DNA of 64,000 nt from a virus (lineage: Duplodnaviria; Caudoviricetes), in IMG/VR virus record IMGVR_UViG_3300028800_000096, positions 907 to 64,906 of that record, one strand, 5' to 3'. Position numbers and translations under genes: made by a program. The notes beneath the pieces are model-generated. The model did no database searches, was not told the DNA's origin, and saw only the letters and a list, made by a program, of their open reading frames with translations. Below are positions 36,407-44,781 of the stretch, one piece after another (positions within the stretch are counted from its first letter, which is position 1; every line of letters begins with the position of its first letter).

Positions 36407-37061
36407 TCGCGGACTCCTTATTGGCCCAATATCTCCGACGTTCGGCCGCTCTGAATTTCTCTGGATTGGCGGCGCGTCTGGCATTGGCTCTCTCTCGTGC
36501 GCAAGTCCGGCACGAACGCGCGTTGTCAGGTCGCCAATGCGTGTTTTCGTCGTCGTATGCATGACCATGCGGGCAATGCGTCTTCATCGCATTGAACCGT
36601 TGTGTTCGGCCTTTCGAGACACAATCTGCGACGTTGTCAGTTTGCGTTCCGACGAAGAGATGGTCTGGGTTCACGCAAAGCGGCTGGTCACACCCGTGGC
36701 AGACGACGTGACCTTTCGGGATGGACCCTTTGTGAAGAATGTAGCTGACGCGGTGCGCGGTGACTTCGCCCGAGAAATGGAATATGCCGTATCGAAATGC
36801 GCCACGTCCGCTTGTCCCGGCTGTCCAAAGCCAGCATCCGGTGTTTGGCTCCGGCGTATACTTACGGGCGAAGCGCTCTATGGCAGGTTTCGATCGTTGC
36901 GTATTGGGTCGTAACTGATAGCCAGCGGCCCGCATCATCACGCTGATCGTTCCGATCGATGCGCCGCAGGCGGCTGAAATCTCGGCCAGAGTCAATCCCG
37001 TCGCGTACAAATGTGCCCACTGGGAAACATCACCTGCGCCGTACAATTTCGTCGGTGCCAT
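36399..37061 (-). CDS. HNH homing endonuclease
   Basis: GCWLWT..YG..AHRVSY..VCHGCD.P.CVNPDHL..GT..DN, plus a KTHCPHGH tail. Confidence 0.9.
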   Translation of the reverse strand: MAPTKLYGAGDVSQWAHLYATGLTLAEISAACGASIGTISVMMRAAGYQLRPNTQRSKPAIERFARKYTPEPNTGCWLWTAGTSGRGAFRYGIFHFSGEVTAHRVSYILHKGSIPKGHVVCHGCDQPLCVNPDHLFVGTQTDNVADCVSKGRTQRFNAMKTHCPHGHAYDDENTHWRPDNARSCRTCARERANARRAANPEKFRAAERRRYWANKESANV

Positions 37062-37570
37062 CAGCGCACCCGTAAACTGATGGTTTCGGACCCATTGCTC
37101 AACGTCGCTCCAGGCACTTCCTCTTTCGCCTTGAGCGCGTCTAGGATGGCCTTCCGATCGAGCTTCGGGTCTTGCGGCTTGAAGAACTTCGAAGGGATCA
37201 GCGCTTCGTCGGTGATCTCGGCTTTCGGCGGCACGGCGCGCACGCCCAAGGTTGCCTGCGGGAGTTCGACCTTGCGAAGCTCCGCCTGCCCCATAGCAAC
37301 GTGGATTGCCGCTTTGATGCGCTCCGACTGATGCGAGAACCGTTCCTTGCGCTCTGAGAGGGCCTTGATCTGAGCCGCAATGGCTTCCTCATGCGCATCG
37401 AGTTCAAGGATACGATCGACCGCAGCCGAAATGGCCTCCTTGAGGTTTGTTTCGCCCTCTATCGCCGTCTCGATCATCTCGGCGTCATCTTCGACAACGT
37501 CTTTGATGTTGAGCAGCAACGCTCTTGCGGCTTCGCCCTGAATGTGGAGTTCACGCGATACATCCGCCAT
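37061..37570 (-). CDS. Siphovirus Gp157-family protein
   Basis: Coiled coil followed by ITDEALIPSKF..KLDRKAI..LK..EVPGA.L. Confidence 0.85.
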   Translation of the reverse strand: MADVSRELHIQGEAARALLLNIKDVVEDDAEMIETAIEGETNLKEAISAAVDRILELDAHEEAIAAQIKALSERKERFSHQSERIKAAIHVAMGQAELRKVELPQATLGVRAVPPKAEITDEALIPSKFFKPQDPKLDRKAILDALKAKEEVPGATLSNGSETISLRVR

Positions 37571-37797
37571 TACACAGTCTCCTTCGTGAACATCTTCCGC
37601 GCTCTCGAACGCCAGTCGTGCGTGTTCGCAATGCTGTCTGCAATCTGATACCGACGAGCGATCACAATGGCAGTGACGCGTTCCCCGTATCGTTTTTCGC
37701 AGCGATCGATTGCTTTAAGCAGCGCTGTTGCAGGGTCTTCGCCTTGGTCGTAAGCCGTGGCGCGAGGCACAATGTCGAGATTAATGACGTTGCTCAT
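37570..37797 (-). CDS. Hypothetical protein
   Basis: Coupled ORF. Confidence 0.5.
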   Translation of the reverse strand: MSNVINLDIVPRATAYDQGEDPATALLKAIDRCEKRYGERVTAIVIARRYQIADSIANTHDWRSRARKMFTKETV

Positions 37798-38069
37798 TGT
37801 CCGACAATCCCTCGCATCAGTGCCTCTAGAGCGTGCATTTCCATCGCGTTGATCTGCGCTCTCTCTGCGCATCGCTCTCGGTCGGCTAGGTCCCAGAGGG
37901 TCCCCGTGCGTTTGTCGAAGTCCGCTAGGAGCTGTTCGCAGCGTTTCATGTTGCGATCAAAGCGCTGGCGGGCGTTGCGGTACTGGCGTCGAAGGCGCTT
38001 GGCGGATTCCTCGCGGTCCTCTTTCGAGAACACGCGGTCAGCTTCGGCTTGCGACAATGGGTGAACCAT
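37794..38069 (-). CDS. Hypothetical protein
   Basis: Coupled ORF. Confidence 0.5.
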   Translation of the reverse strand: MVHPLSQAEADRVFSKEDREESAKRLRRQYRNARQRFDRNMKRCEQLLADFDKRTGTLWDLADRERCAERAQINAMEMHALEALMRGIVGQ

Positions 38070-38275
38070 CAGGCCGCCACTCCCGTAAGAGCGCGCTTCA
38101 TCCCCTCGGTGACGCCACGTTCAAACATGAGTTCGAGAGCATCCGCGAAAGAGCCGAGAAGTTGTTCCGATTGGCCCTGAACGAAGCCATCAAGCGAGTG
38201 CGTGTCGCTGAGGTAGATGAACAATCCGCGAGCACCGAGTTCAGCAAGTTCGCGAGATAGGTCAGTGGGTTTCAT
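38069..38275 (-). CDS. Hypothetical protein
   Basis: GGAG RBS before ATG 38275. Confidence 0.45.
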   Translation of the reverse strand: MKPTDLSRELAELGARGLFIYLSDTHSLDGFVQGQSEQLLGSFADALELMFERGVTEGMKRALTGVAA

Positions 38276-38693
38276 CGCTACTGCTCCATCTTCGCCACAA
38301 AGGCGAGGTATCCAATGATGAGGTTTGGAAGAAGAATGAGCGCTGTTCCAAGCGCGATGCTCAGAAGGTCTTCCATCACCGGTCCCCATATTTGCGTTCC
38401 ATCCGTTCCGACAGATGCGCGAGAACACCGATGGTGATGATCGCGACAACGATGACGGAAAGGATCGGGTGCTCACCGATGAAGGAAAGGATTGAACAGG
38501 TGTTCATGTGCTCACCGTCCCTTCGCATAAATTCTGTGATGGGTTCCGAAGTGGCTGCGAGGATTGAAGCCCTGAGCGGCGCCGTCGATAAAATCGGGAT
38601 CGGCAACGAAGCCCTGCCCATCGCAGCACGAGCAGACTTCATCCATGTCGAGGAAGTACTGACAGGGAGAGCCTTGGCACTCGCCGCAGAGGA

Positions 38694-38897
38694 TCAGTCC
38701 GCTGTCGAGATAGAGCGGGTTGATTTCCGGCTCTCGGTGTAAATCGCGTAACCCAGTTTCCACTCGTCCATCGCGACCGGGTTCATCGGCTGCTTCGTCA
38801 TCGCTGCGAAGTATCCAGCCTCGACGACTTGCTGCAGCCAGGTCGGCATCTCGCTCAAGTTCGGCCATGATCCGCTGTCCATCTTCGTCACGCTCAC
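38694..38897 (-). CDS. First small gene of the PL operon, hypothetical
   Basis: 67-aa ORF just after the PL leader. Confidence 0.4.
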   Translation of the reverse strand: MSVTKMDSGSWPNLSEMPTWLQQVVEAGYFAAMTKQPMNPVAMDEWKLGYAIYTESRKSTRSISTAD

Positions 38898-38905
38898 ACG
38901 GGGTT

Positions 38906-38999
38906 AAAAAAGGGAGCCGGAACTGACGGGTGCTGATCTAGAGGGTGTCAGTCCCGGCTCAACCGTTGGAGCCGCAGACGGGATGTCTCTGGCTCCAAC
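38906..38999 (-). promoter_or_regulatory. PL leader: two tandem hairpins followed by a U-tract
   Basis: Stems 38965-38973/38991-38999 and 38914-38927/38947-38960, followed on the minus strand by CCTTTTTT. Confidence 0.65.
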
Positions 39000-39052
39000 C
39001 CCGCTGCGAACAAGAACGGCTAGGGAGGGTGTCGTTCGCTTCGGTGATTTGG

Positions 39053-39096
39053 AAGGTACAAAATGTACCCATCACCGTCAAGTACAAAATGTACCC
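39053..39096 (-). promoter_or_regulatory. PL promoter with two operators
   Basis: Minus strand TTGACG-17-TACCTT; palindromes (G/A)GTAC-AAAAT-GTACC at 39055-39069 and 39081-39095. Confidence 0.8.
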
Positions 39097-39196
39097 AAAC
39101 GCATTTTTAATTGCGAATTGTGCGTCGGCGGAAGCGCGCCATTGACTTTGTTCCGTTTTGGACAAAGCTTAACGCAGGGAAAATGGGGGTGAATCT

Positions 39197-39448
39197 ATGC
39201 GGACTGTGCTGATACTAAGCGGATTGGCTCTGCTCTCATCATGGGGCAGCGCAGTAGCCGACAACTATGTGCGGGGCTATACCCGCGGCAACGGCACCTA
39301 CGTTCAGCCGCATTACCAGACGGCACCGAACACCACTAAGTTCGACAACTACAGCACCAAAGGCAATTTCAATCCCTATACGGGTAAGGCCGGCACGGTC
39401 GATCCTTACAAGGTGCCGTCCTATGGCAGCTATGGCCAGCGCCGATAA
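39197..39448 (+). CDS. Small secreted protein
   Basis: Signal peptide; YVRGYTRGNGTYVQPHY..NYSTKGN.NPYTG family motif. Confidence 0.75.
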   Translation: MRTVLILSGLALLSSWGSAVADNYVRGYTRGNGTYVQPHYQTAPNTTKFDNYSTKGNFNPYTGKAGTVDPYKVPSYGSYGQRR

Positions 39449-39465
39449 TCCGGTGATCTGATAAA

Positions 39466-39738
39466 ATGCCAGCCTTAATCGCGATCCTTCTGGCACTCTG
39501 GTACTTCGGCTACATGCCGAGTTGCGATTTCTGGCGAAAACACTATGCGGCCGAAGTCGGCTACTACCAGGGGACGGAGGTCGCATGGGATCTTTGGGGC
39601 GACTACACGACTCTGGACGAGTGCCGTGACGCAGCGATAAGCCGGTACAACTTCTACTATGCACAAAACCGGCGCGAATACACTTGGTCTTGCCTGGAGA
39701 AAAACGGAAATGGCGGATACGCCAACCGGTCTAGGTAG
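39466..39738 (+). CDS. Small exported/membrane-anchored protein
   Basis: Hydrophobic N-terminus; Cys residues. Confidence 0.55.
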   Translation: MPALIAILLALWYFGYMPSCDFWRKHYAAEVGYYQGTEVAWDLWGDYTTLDECRDAAISRYNFYYAQNRREYTWSCLEKNGNGGYANRSR

Positions 39739-39766
39739 GGTGAGGGGTAGGTTGGGAAATTATCGC

Positions 39767-40126
39767 ATGAATTGGCTGAATATCAGCCGGTCTCGGGCGC
39801 TAGTCCAGATGCTGGCGTGGACTTTTGTTGCCATAACGGGCTCTCATTCCGCTTTGGCTAAATGCAACCTATCCAAGATTATTGGATACACCGTTGTTGC
39901 TGAAAAAATAGTGTCGGGCTTCGTTCAAGGTGGGACAATAAAGGACGGGTTCGAGGGATGCGATTTTGATCGAACCATCATTTTTAGCGACAATACAGGC
40001 GTAAGGTGTGCAGGTTATTCATATACTTACGCCTTTTCTCCAACGGCTTACATCTTCGTCAACAAACTGGGCTCGGCGAAGATGTGCATCGACGACGAGA
40101 TGTATGAAATCGAATTACTGCATTGA
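39767..40126 (+). CDS. Secreted hypothetical protein
   Basis: Signal-like N-terminus; FEGCDFDR..C..YSYTYA..MCIDDE. Confidence 0.6.
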   Translation: MNWLNISRSRALVQMLAWTFVAITGSHSALAKCNLSKIIGYTVVAEKIVSGFVQGGTIKDGFEGCDFDRTIIFSDNTGVRCAGYSYTYAFSPTAYIFVNKLGSAKMCIDDEMYEIELLH

Positions 40127-40175
40127 TTTTTGGGGAGGCGTCGCACAGAACGGATTGAGCGGCGCCAGCGATCGT

Positions 40176-40955
40176 CTATCGGCGGTAGCTGATGTGCTGG
40201 ATCATACAGCCTATTACTCGCCCAGGGTTGGTCTTCGGGTTCACGGACTCCGTCCTGTAGCTGCCGTTTAAAGGCTTCAGAATGAAGTTCTTTTCAGGGT
40301 CCAGACGACTATCCGACTCCTGCCATTTCCTAAAGATTGCAGTGTCCTCAGACTTCACCTGAGCGCAAACGAAATCCCCTGGTTTTGGCCGCACATCTGG
40401 GTCGATCAGAACATCATCCCCTGGCAAGAAACGCCTCTCCTCATATGGAAAGCTCGGGACCATGCTGTCGTCTTCGATAGGCATGAGAAAGGAGTTCGGT
40501 CCGATCTCATGACCCGGTTTCGACGCCACGGGCTGAAGTCTATTTTCTTTTTTTGCCTGCTCTTTCACCGTCTCGAACGCTGATGGTATCATGACAGCCT
40601 CTCTGGCAGTCAGTCGCGGCAGCATTAATAATCTCGGGCGTGCTGCTGTATGTTGCGGCCGACTTCCCCACTCTGGTTCCTCATCGCCCAAGAACAGCCA
40701 GTCGAAAGAGCCCTCTGGAGATTCAAAAACTCCGAGCGCCAACCTGGCTTCGTCGGCAGGTATCTCTCGCGTGCCTTTTTCGTAGGCTCTGTAGGAATCC
40801 ACCCCCCGCTGGAATCCCGCAGATCTCAACGCTTCGAACGCCAAATCGGTATTATTAAATTTGGCCTTCCTGAGCTGAAAAAGGCGCGCACCTATTTTTT
40901 TCCTGCGCTCCGAATTCTTCTTGGTTCGCTCAACAACCAGCTTCTTGGTTGTCAT
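40176..40955 (-). CDS. cI: CI-like repressor (HTH + S24 peptidase)
   Basis: YRAYEKGTREI HTH; DDSMVP..GD.VLIDPD..PGDFV..FRK..LKPLN..Y autocleavage domain. Confidence 0.9.
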   Translation of the reverse strand: MTTKKLVVERTKKNSERRKKIGARLFQLRKAKFNNTDLAFEALRSAGFQRGVDSYRAYEKGTREIPADEARLALGVFESPEGSFDWLFLGDEEPEWGSRPQHTAARPRLLMLPRLTAREAVMIPSAFETVKEQAKKENRLQPVASKPGHEIGPNSFLMPIEDDSMVPSFPYEERRFLPGDDVLIDPDVRPKPGDFVCAQVKSEDTAIFRKWQESDSRLDPEKNFILKPLNGSYRTESVNPKTNPGRVIGCMIQHISYRR

Positions 40956-40974
40956 TTCTAACGCACCTCTCTAA

Positions 40975-41020
40975 GGTACGATACGTGCCCCTTGACAGCA
41001 ATGGGTACTTTTTGTACCTT
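40975..41020 (+). promoter_or_regulatory. PR promoter with operators
   Basis: TTGACA(40992)-17-TACCTT(41015); operators GGTAC-GATAC-GTGCC (40975) and GGTAC-TTTTT-GTACC (41004). Confidence 0.8.
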
Positions 41021-41027
41021 TAGTAAC

Positions 41028-41276
41028 ATGTTCGAGACCCACCGACAGATCATAATGGCTTGGCCGCATCTCTCAGACTTCGCTGGCGACATCGGAGTCT
41101 CGGAGAATACTGCCAAAGGTATGCGACAAAGAAATTCAATCCCAGCTGACTATTGGCCTAACGTTGTGAAGGGTGCGCGAAAAAGAAAAATAGAAGGTGT
41201 TTCAACGGATTTGCTCGCCGCATTGAGAAACGCAGCGAGGATGCAGCGAAGGGTACAATCCGTACACGCGGCGTAA
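41028..41276 (+). CDS. cro: Cro-like HTH repressor
   Basis: Divergent from cI; FAGDIGVS..AKGMRQRNSIPADYW pattern of alphaproteobacterial phage Cro proteins. Confidence 0.8.
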   Translation: MFETHRQIIMAWPHLSDFAGDIGVSENTAKGMRQRNSIPADYWPNVVKGARKRKIEGVSTDLLAALRNAARMQRRVQSVHAA

Positions 41277-41340
41277 CAAAACACTCTGTGACGTTTTTGT
41301 AAACGGGGTTTTCCTGAGTTCCAGTTTCCTTGCGTAACGA

Positions 41341-41880
41341 GCCCACTTCGCTGGGCGGCTACAGAGGGTTGTCAGGTCATGTCTCCAACACCTGATGTCA
41401 CTCGCGATCCAGTGTAGCCGCCTTGGGAATTGAGTTTCGTAGCAGGTGCCGTACTCATCACCGGCCCGGGTTCGGAAGGGGTCGGAACAGGCCTGATGCT
41501 TCTCGGGGGAGAAGTTAAAGCGGTGGCGCTGCGCAGATCCTCGACGGTCTGTATTGGAATGCCGCTAATCAGGCTCAAAACTTCCGGCGTTGAAGTTGTG
41601 TACACGCGTCTAAGCGTTGTCACCACAGAAGGGGTTCGGACCTCACCGAACCAACCCGGGATTAGTCGTTACCTCTGCGGACCGACGCGGAGTGACGGTC
41701 TGAACGGGAAGCAAGGTGAGATTCGGGAAGCCGATCGCTGAGCCGGTTAAAGCCTCCGGGCGCCGCTGCGATCTTGATGGGGGAATTGATCACCTCCTGC
41801 TCCGGGCCCCTTCTGTTGTGCCAGCGTCAAGCTGCAACCGGGCCGCTTTTGTCAGCGTGCGGCCGAAATTTCGCACGCGA
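41341..41880 (+). ncRNA. Candidate large structured RNA (~540 nt)
   Basis: Many nested local and long-range stems (see findings); no convincing ORF. Confidence 0.55.
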
Positions 41881-41892
41881 AGCAAAAGACAA

Positions 41893-42432
41893 ATGGCAAA
41901 CCAATTTACGGGACGACACGGCTGGACCGATGAGCGGATAGCGCTTTTGAAGCAGCTCGTCCGCGAGGGATATTCCGGAGGCTTGATCGCCGCGAGGATG
42001 GGCGTCACCCGAAGTTCCGTGATCGGAAAAGTCGTGCGTCTCGGAATGCAGCTCGGCAACACCCGCAATTCTCAGCGGAACCTAGACCAGCATTTAAGGC
42101 TCAAGGCCAACTACACAAGACGAAAAAAGGCCGGTGACCGGCTTCGCCCGCCGCCTCCAAAGGTCAGGTTCACGGTCGAACCGCTGCCCGTTCAGAATAT
42201 CGAGGACGTGGCGCGGAAATCTCTGCTCGATTTAAACCTCAATGATTGCCGTTATCCAGTTGGAGACCCCAAAACTCCGGGATTTGGTTTCTGCGCCTTA
42301 GAGCGCGTTCCGGGCTCCGCCTACTGCCATGCGCACAAAGAGCGGTGCTCCGGTGGTCTACCTCCAAAAACCCGTCAGAAGCCAGTTCTGGCCCGTGAAA
42401 CAGCCCCCGTGAAGGAGACGGCCGATGCTTGA
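41893..42432 (+). CDS. gcrA: GcrA-family cell-cycle regulator homologue
   Basis: WTDERIALLK.L..G.S..IA..MGVTRSSVIGKV.RLG and LLDL..CRYPVGDP..FC..YC.AH. Confidence 0.92.
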   Translation: MANQFTGRHGWTDERIALLKQLVREGYSGGLIAARMGVTRSSVIGKVVRLGMQLGNTRNSQRNLDQHLRLKANYTRRKKAGDRLRPPPPKVRFTVEPLPVQNIEDVARKSLLDLNLNDCRYPVGDPKTPGFGFCALERVPGSAYCHAHKERCSGGLPPKTRQKPVLARETAPVKETADA

Positions 42433-42967
42433 TGGCTCCTACCTCCTTTCAACGGCGATGTCATTTGTAGGGTATTCGCCCAATACCGGATTTGTGCGGA
42501 CCGATCCGCCGCCACTCCAATTCGATCTGGCATTAATCCCAGACGTTCCTGTCGGTCGTCCGACAACGACGGTATCCCCACGGCCGGAACTGGGATTAAT
42601 GCCAGTCAATGCGTCATTGAAATCCAATAAGAAAACGCGAACTGGCAGCAATCCGGAACAGAAACGAGCCGAAAAAACGGCTGCTGGTATTAATGCCATT
42701 CGGTTCTTTATTTCCGATTGGCTGGATGCGGCCGGCGAAACCATCACGCGTCTTGATGAGCTTTTGTCCGCCTACAACGATCTGCGTTCGAGGCATCCGG
42801 AACTACCGGAGTGTTCGAAGATCAAGTTCAGCAAATTGCTCGCCGCAGCCGGTTGCCGGCGCATGACGGAGTCCCTCCCGAGAGACGGCAAGGACGAGCG
42901 CGGCAGGCGCTTTGTCGTCTTTGAAATGCGGGCACCGCGCAAATCTTCACATCGGAGGGCGGCATGA
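42425..42967 (+). CDS. Hypothetical protein (winged-helix-like C-terminus)
   Basis: 180-aa coupled ORF. Confidence 0.5.
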   Translation: MLDGSYLLSTAMSFVGYSPNTGFVRTDPPPLQFDLALIPDVPVGRPTTTVSPRPELGLMPVNASLKSNKKTRTGSNPEQKRAEKTAAGINAIRFFISDWLDAAGETITRLDELLSAYNDLRSRHPELPECSKIKFSKLLAAAGCRRMTESLPRDGKDERGRRFVVFEMRAPRKSSHRRAA

Positions 42968-43231
42968 CTCCCCGATCTCCCCGATCTCACACCTTTTGGA
43001 TGCTCTGGTTCGCGTTCTTAGCGCTCGGAAACGCCTATTACGACACGCCGCTGATCGCGTGTTTGATGATCGTTTTATCGACCTATTCGATGTTTCAGGT
43101 TTGGGCCGATCTTCGCAGGAGGGCAGCGCAATGACCCTCTACTTCATCTACCCCGCCCTGGTCTTCTGCGGCTTGGCTCTTGCCTGGTCGATGTACGAGC
43201 TTGCGAAATTCATGGTCAGGAGCAAGCGCAA

Positions 43232-43426
43232 ATGACCCTCATCACGAAGGCTGTTTCACGGTTTGAATGCAGGGATTTTCAGCGAATTCAGGCTGAGGCT
43301 CGGGCTCAGATCGCGCTCCATCATTTTTATGGTTTCACGGGCGGGAAGACTACAATGGAACGTCTTTGCGAGGGTCTTGAACGCCGCAAACTCATCGTCA
43401 GGAGGCAATATGGACGCCCTTCCTGA
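43232..43426 (+). CDS. Small hypothetical protein
   Basis: ATGA-coupled ORF. Confidence 0.4.
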   Translation: MTLITKAVSRFECRDFQRIQAEARAQIALHHFYGFTGGKTTMERLCEGLERRKLIVRRQYGRPS

Positions 43427-43788
43427 TGCCATTGAGCGCGCCAGCCGCAGGGCTCTGGCACACCGTGCCTATTTCTTTTTCGGTTCGGGCTGGAACAGCT
43501 TCGAAATCGCTCGTGTACTTCACGTTTGCGAAGATTTTGCCGTGGATCTCATCCACGAGGGCCGCAAGCAGGCGCGTGAACCGGAGGACTAAAAGCAGGA
43601 AAGCCCCCAAGCCTGCCAGGGCTCAGAGGCTTTCGAATTTGTTGCTCGAAGACTGCCAGGTCAAGAGCGTTGTGATGAAGGACCTTGCCACGGTCGATCG
43701 ATAGAAAGTTCGTAACGATGCTTCTACACGAAATGGCATCCCGGCGCAATGGCCGCCACTGGATAACCTGTGGATTGTGGAGGTGCAA

Positions 43789-44781
43789 ATGACCTCCATC
43801 GGACACAACGGACCTCCGACGTTCTCATCCGACAACGGTTGGGTTGCGATTGCTCGATCTATTCGGACGCATCCGCTTGTCGGCATTCACCTCTTTGCGA
43901 AACCGGCCGATCCGTTGCGCGGCGCCGTGCAGCCCATGCTGGCTTTCATCGATTTGATCATGGAATGCCGATACGAGGACGGCTTTGTCCAGAACGGCGG
44001 CCGCAAGATGGAAGTCAAGCGCGGCCAGCTTGTTGGTGCCGTTTCATGGCTTGCCGCCCGTTGGAATTGGACGCCAATGGCGGTGCGTATTTGGCTCGAT
44101 AAACTCGAGGCAGATATGATGATTTCGAGGTTCGTTCCGGGTGCTTCTGAAAGCAACAAACACCGTGGGCGCGTTGCAACCATCCTAAGTCTTTGTAATT
44201 ACGATCAATATCAGCAATCGACAGCAAATGAACAACAAACAAAACAACAAATAAACAGCAAACAAGCAACAAACGAGCAACAACAATATAAGGATAACAA
44301 GGGAACAAGGGAACAAGGGAACAATATCTCTCCGCCCTTACAGGGCGGAGAAGATATAAATATTAATCCTTCGCGCGCCGAAACCGCGCGTGTCGGAAAG
44401 GGAAGTCGGAAGTCTATTCGATCCGATTGGCTTCCTGCCGACCCGCCCGATGGTTCGCAAGGGCTCCTGTTCGAAAATGGCAAGCTCACTGCCTTGAACG
44501 GCTTCGCAGCCTCGCTGCGAGAGGAATTCGAGGGCATCGATCTCGCCGCGGTCTGCAACAAGGCTGCTGCGGATATCGCCAAGCTAAACAATCCGACGCA
44601 TCTGCAATGCGTGACCGCGCTCCGGCGCCATTGCCAGTACGACCTGGACTACCGGAAGCGGTATGGCGTCGCCAGCGCATCGGGCGGCCGCGGACCCAAA
44701 AGAGATTTGCTGGCGGGTCTATCCCCTGAGCAGCGGGCGGCTGCACAACATGCGCTAGCCAGCAAGCGGGGGCCGCACTGA
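43789..44781 (+). CDS. Phage replication initiator
   Basis: GWVAIARSI..HP, VKRGQLV..WLAARWNW..L.KLE..MI, LCNYDQYQ; internal iterons. Confidence 0.85.
   Translation: MTSIGHNGPPTFSSDNGWVAIARSIRTHPLVGIHLFAKPADPLRGAVQPMLAFIDLIMECRYEDGFVQNGGRKMEVKRGQLVGAVSWLAARWNWTPMAVRIWLDKLEADMMISRFVPGASESNKHRGRVATILSLCNYDQYQQSTANEQQTKQQINSKQATNEQQQYKDNKGTREQGNNISPPLQGGEDININPSRAETARVGKGSRKSIRSDWLPADPPDGSQGLLFENGKLTALNGFAASLREEFEGIDLAAVCNKAAADIAKLNNPTHLQCVTALRRHCQYDLDYRKRYGVASASGGRGPKRDLLAGLSPEQRAAAQHALASKRGPH
44222..44323 (+). repeat. Replication origin iterons inside the initiator gene
   Basis: A/C-rich AAAC(A/G)A(A/G)CAAC-type repeats, then AAGGGAAC x3. Confidence 0.7.

Noticed and set aside
40976-40998. 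Self-target of array unit 1 (NN pairs read with 1-nt gaps) in the PR/operator region
   Set aside because: By hand only 12 of 16 positions match over part of the unit. A rough binomial estimate gives several such matches by chance in 64 kb on two strands, so it is not significant without a proper search.
41341-41880. Group I/II intron, RNase P, tmRNA or hammerhead ribozyme
   Set aside because: I could not find their diagnostic motifs (domain V, P7 elements, GAGGAAAGUCC, CUGAUGA with GAAA), and no gene is interrupted.
41372-41892. cII-like or other proteins from ORFs 41430-41741, 41372-41626 and the 41716 extension of gcrA
   Set aside because: Non-ATG starts, no clear RBS and no HTH pattern; GcrA similarity begins at ATG 41893.
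44222-44323. Second guide-like or novel repeat array
   Set aside because: It is in frame inside the replication initiator, the usual position of origin iterons.
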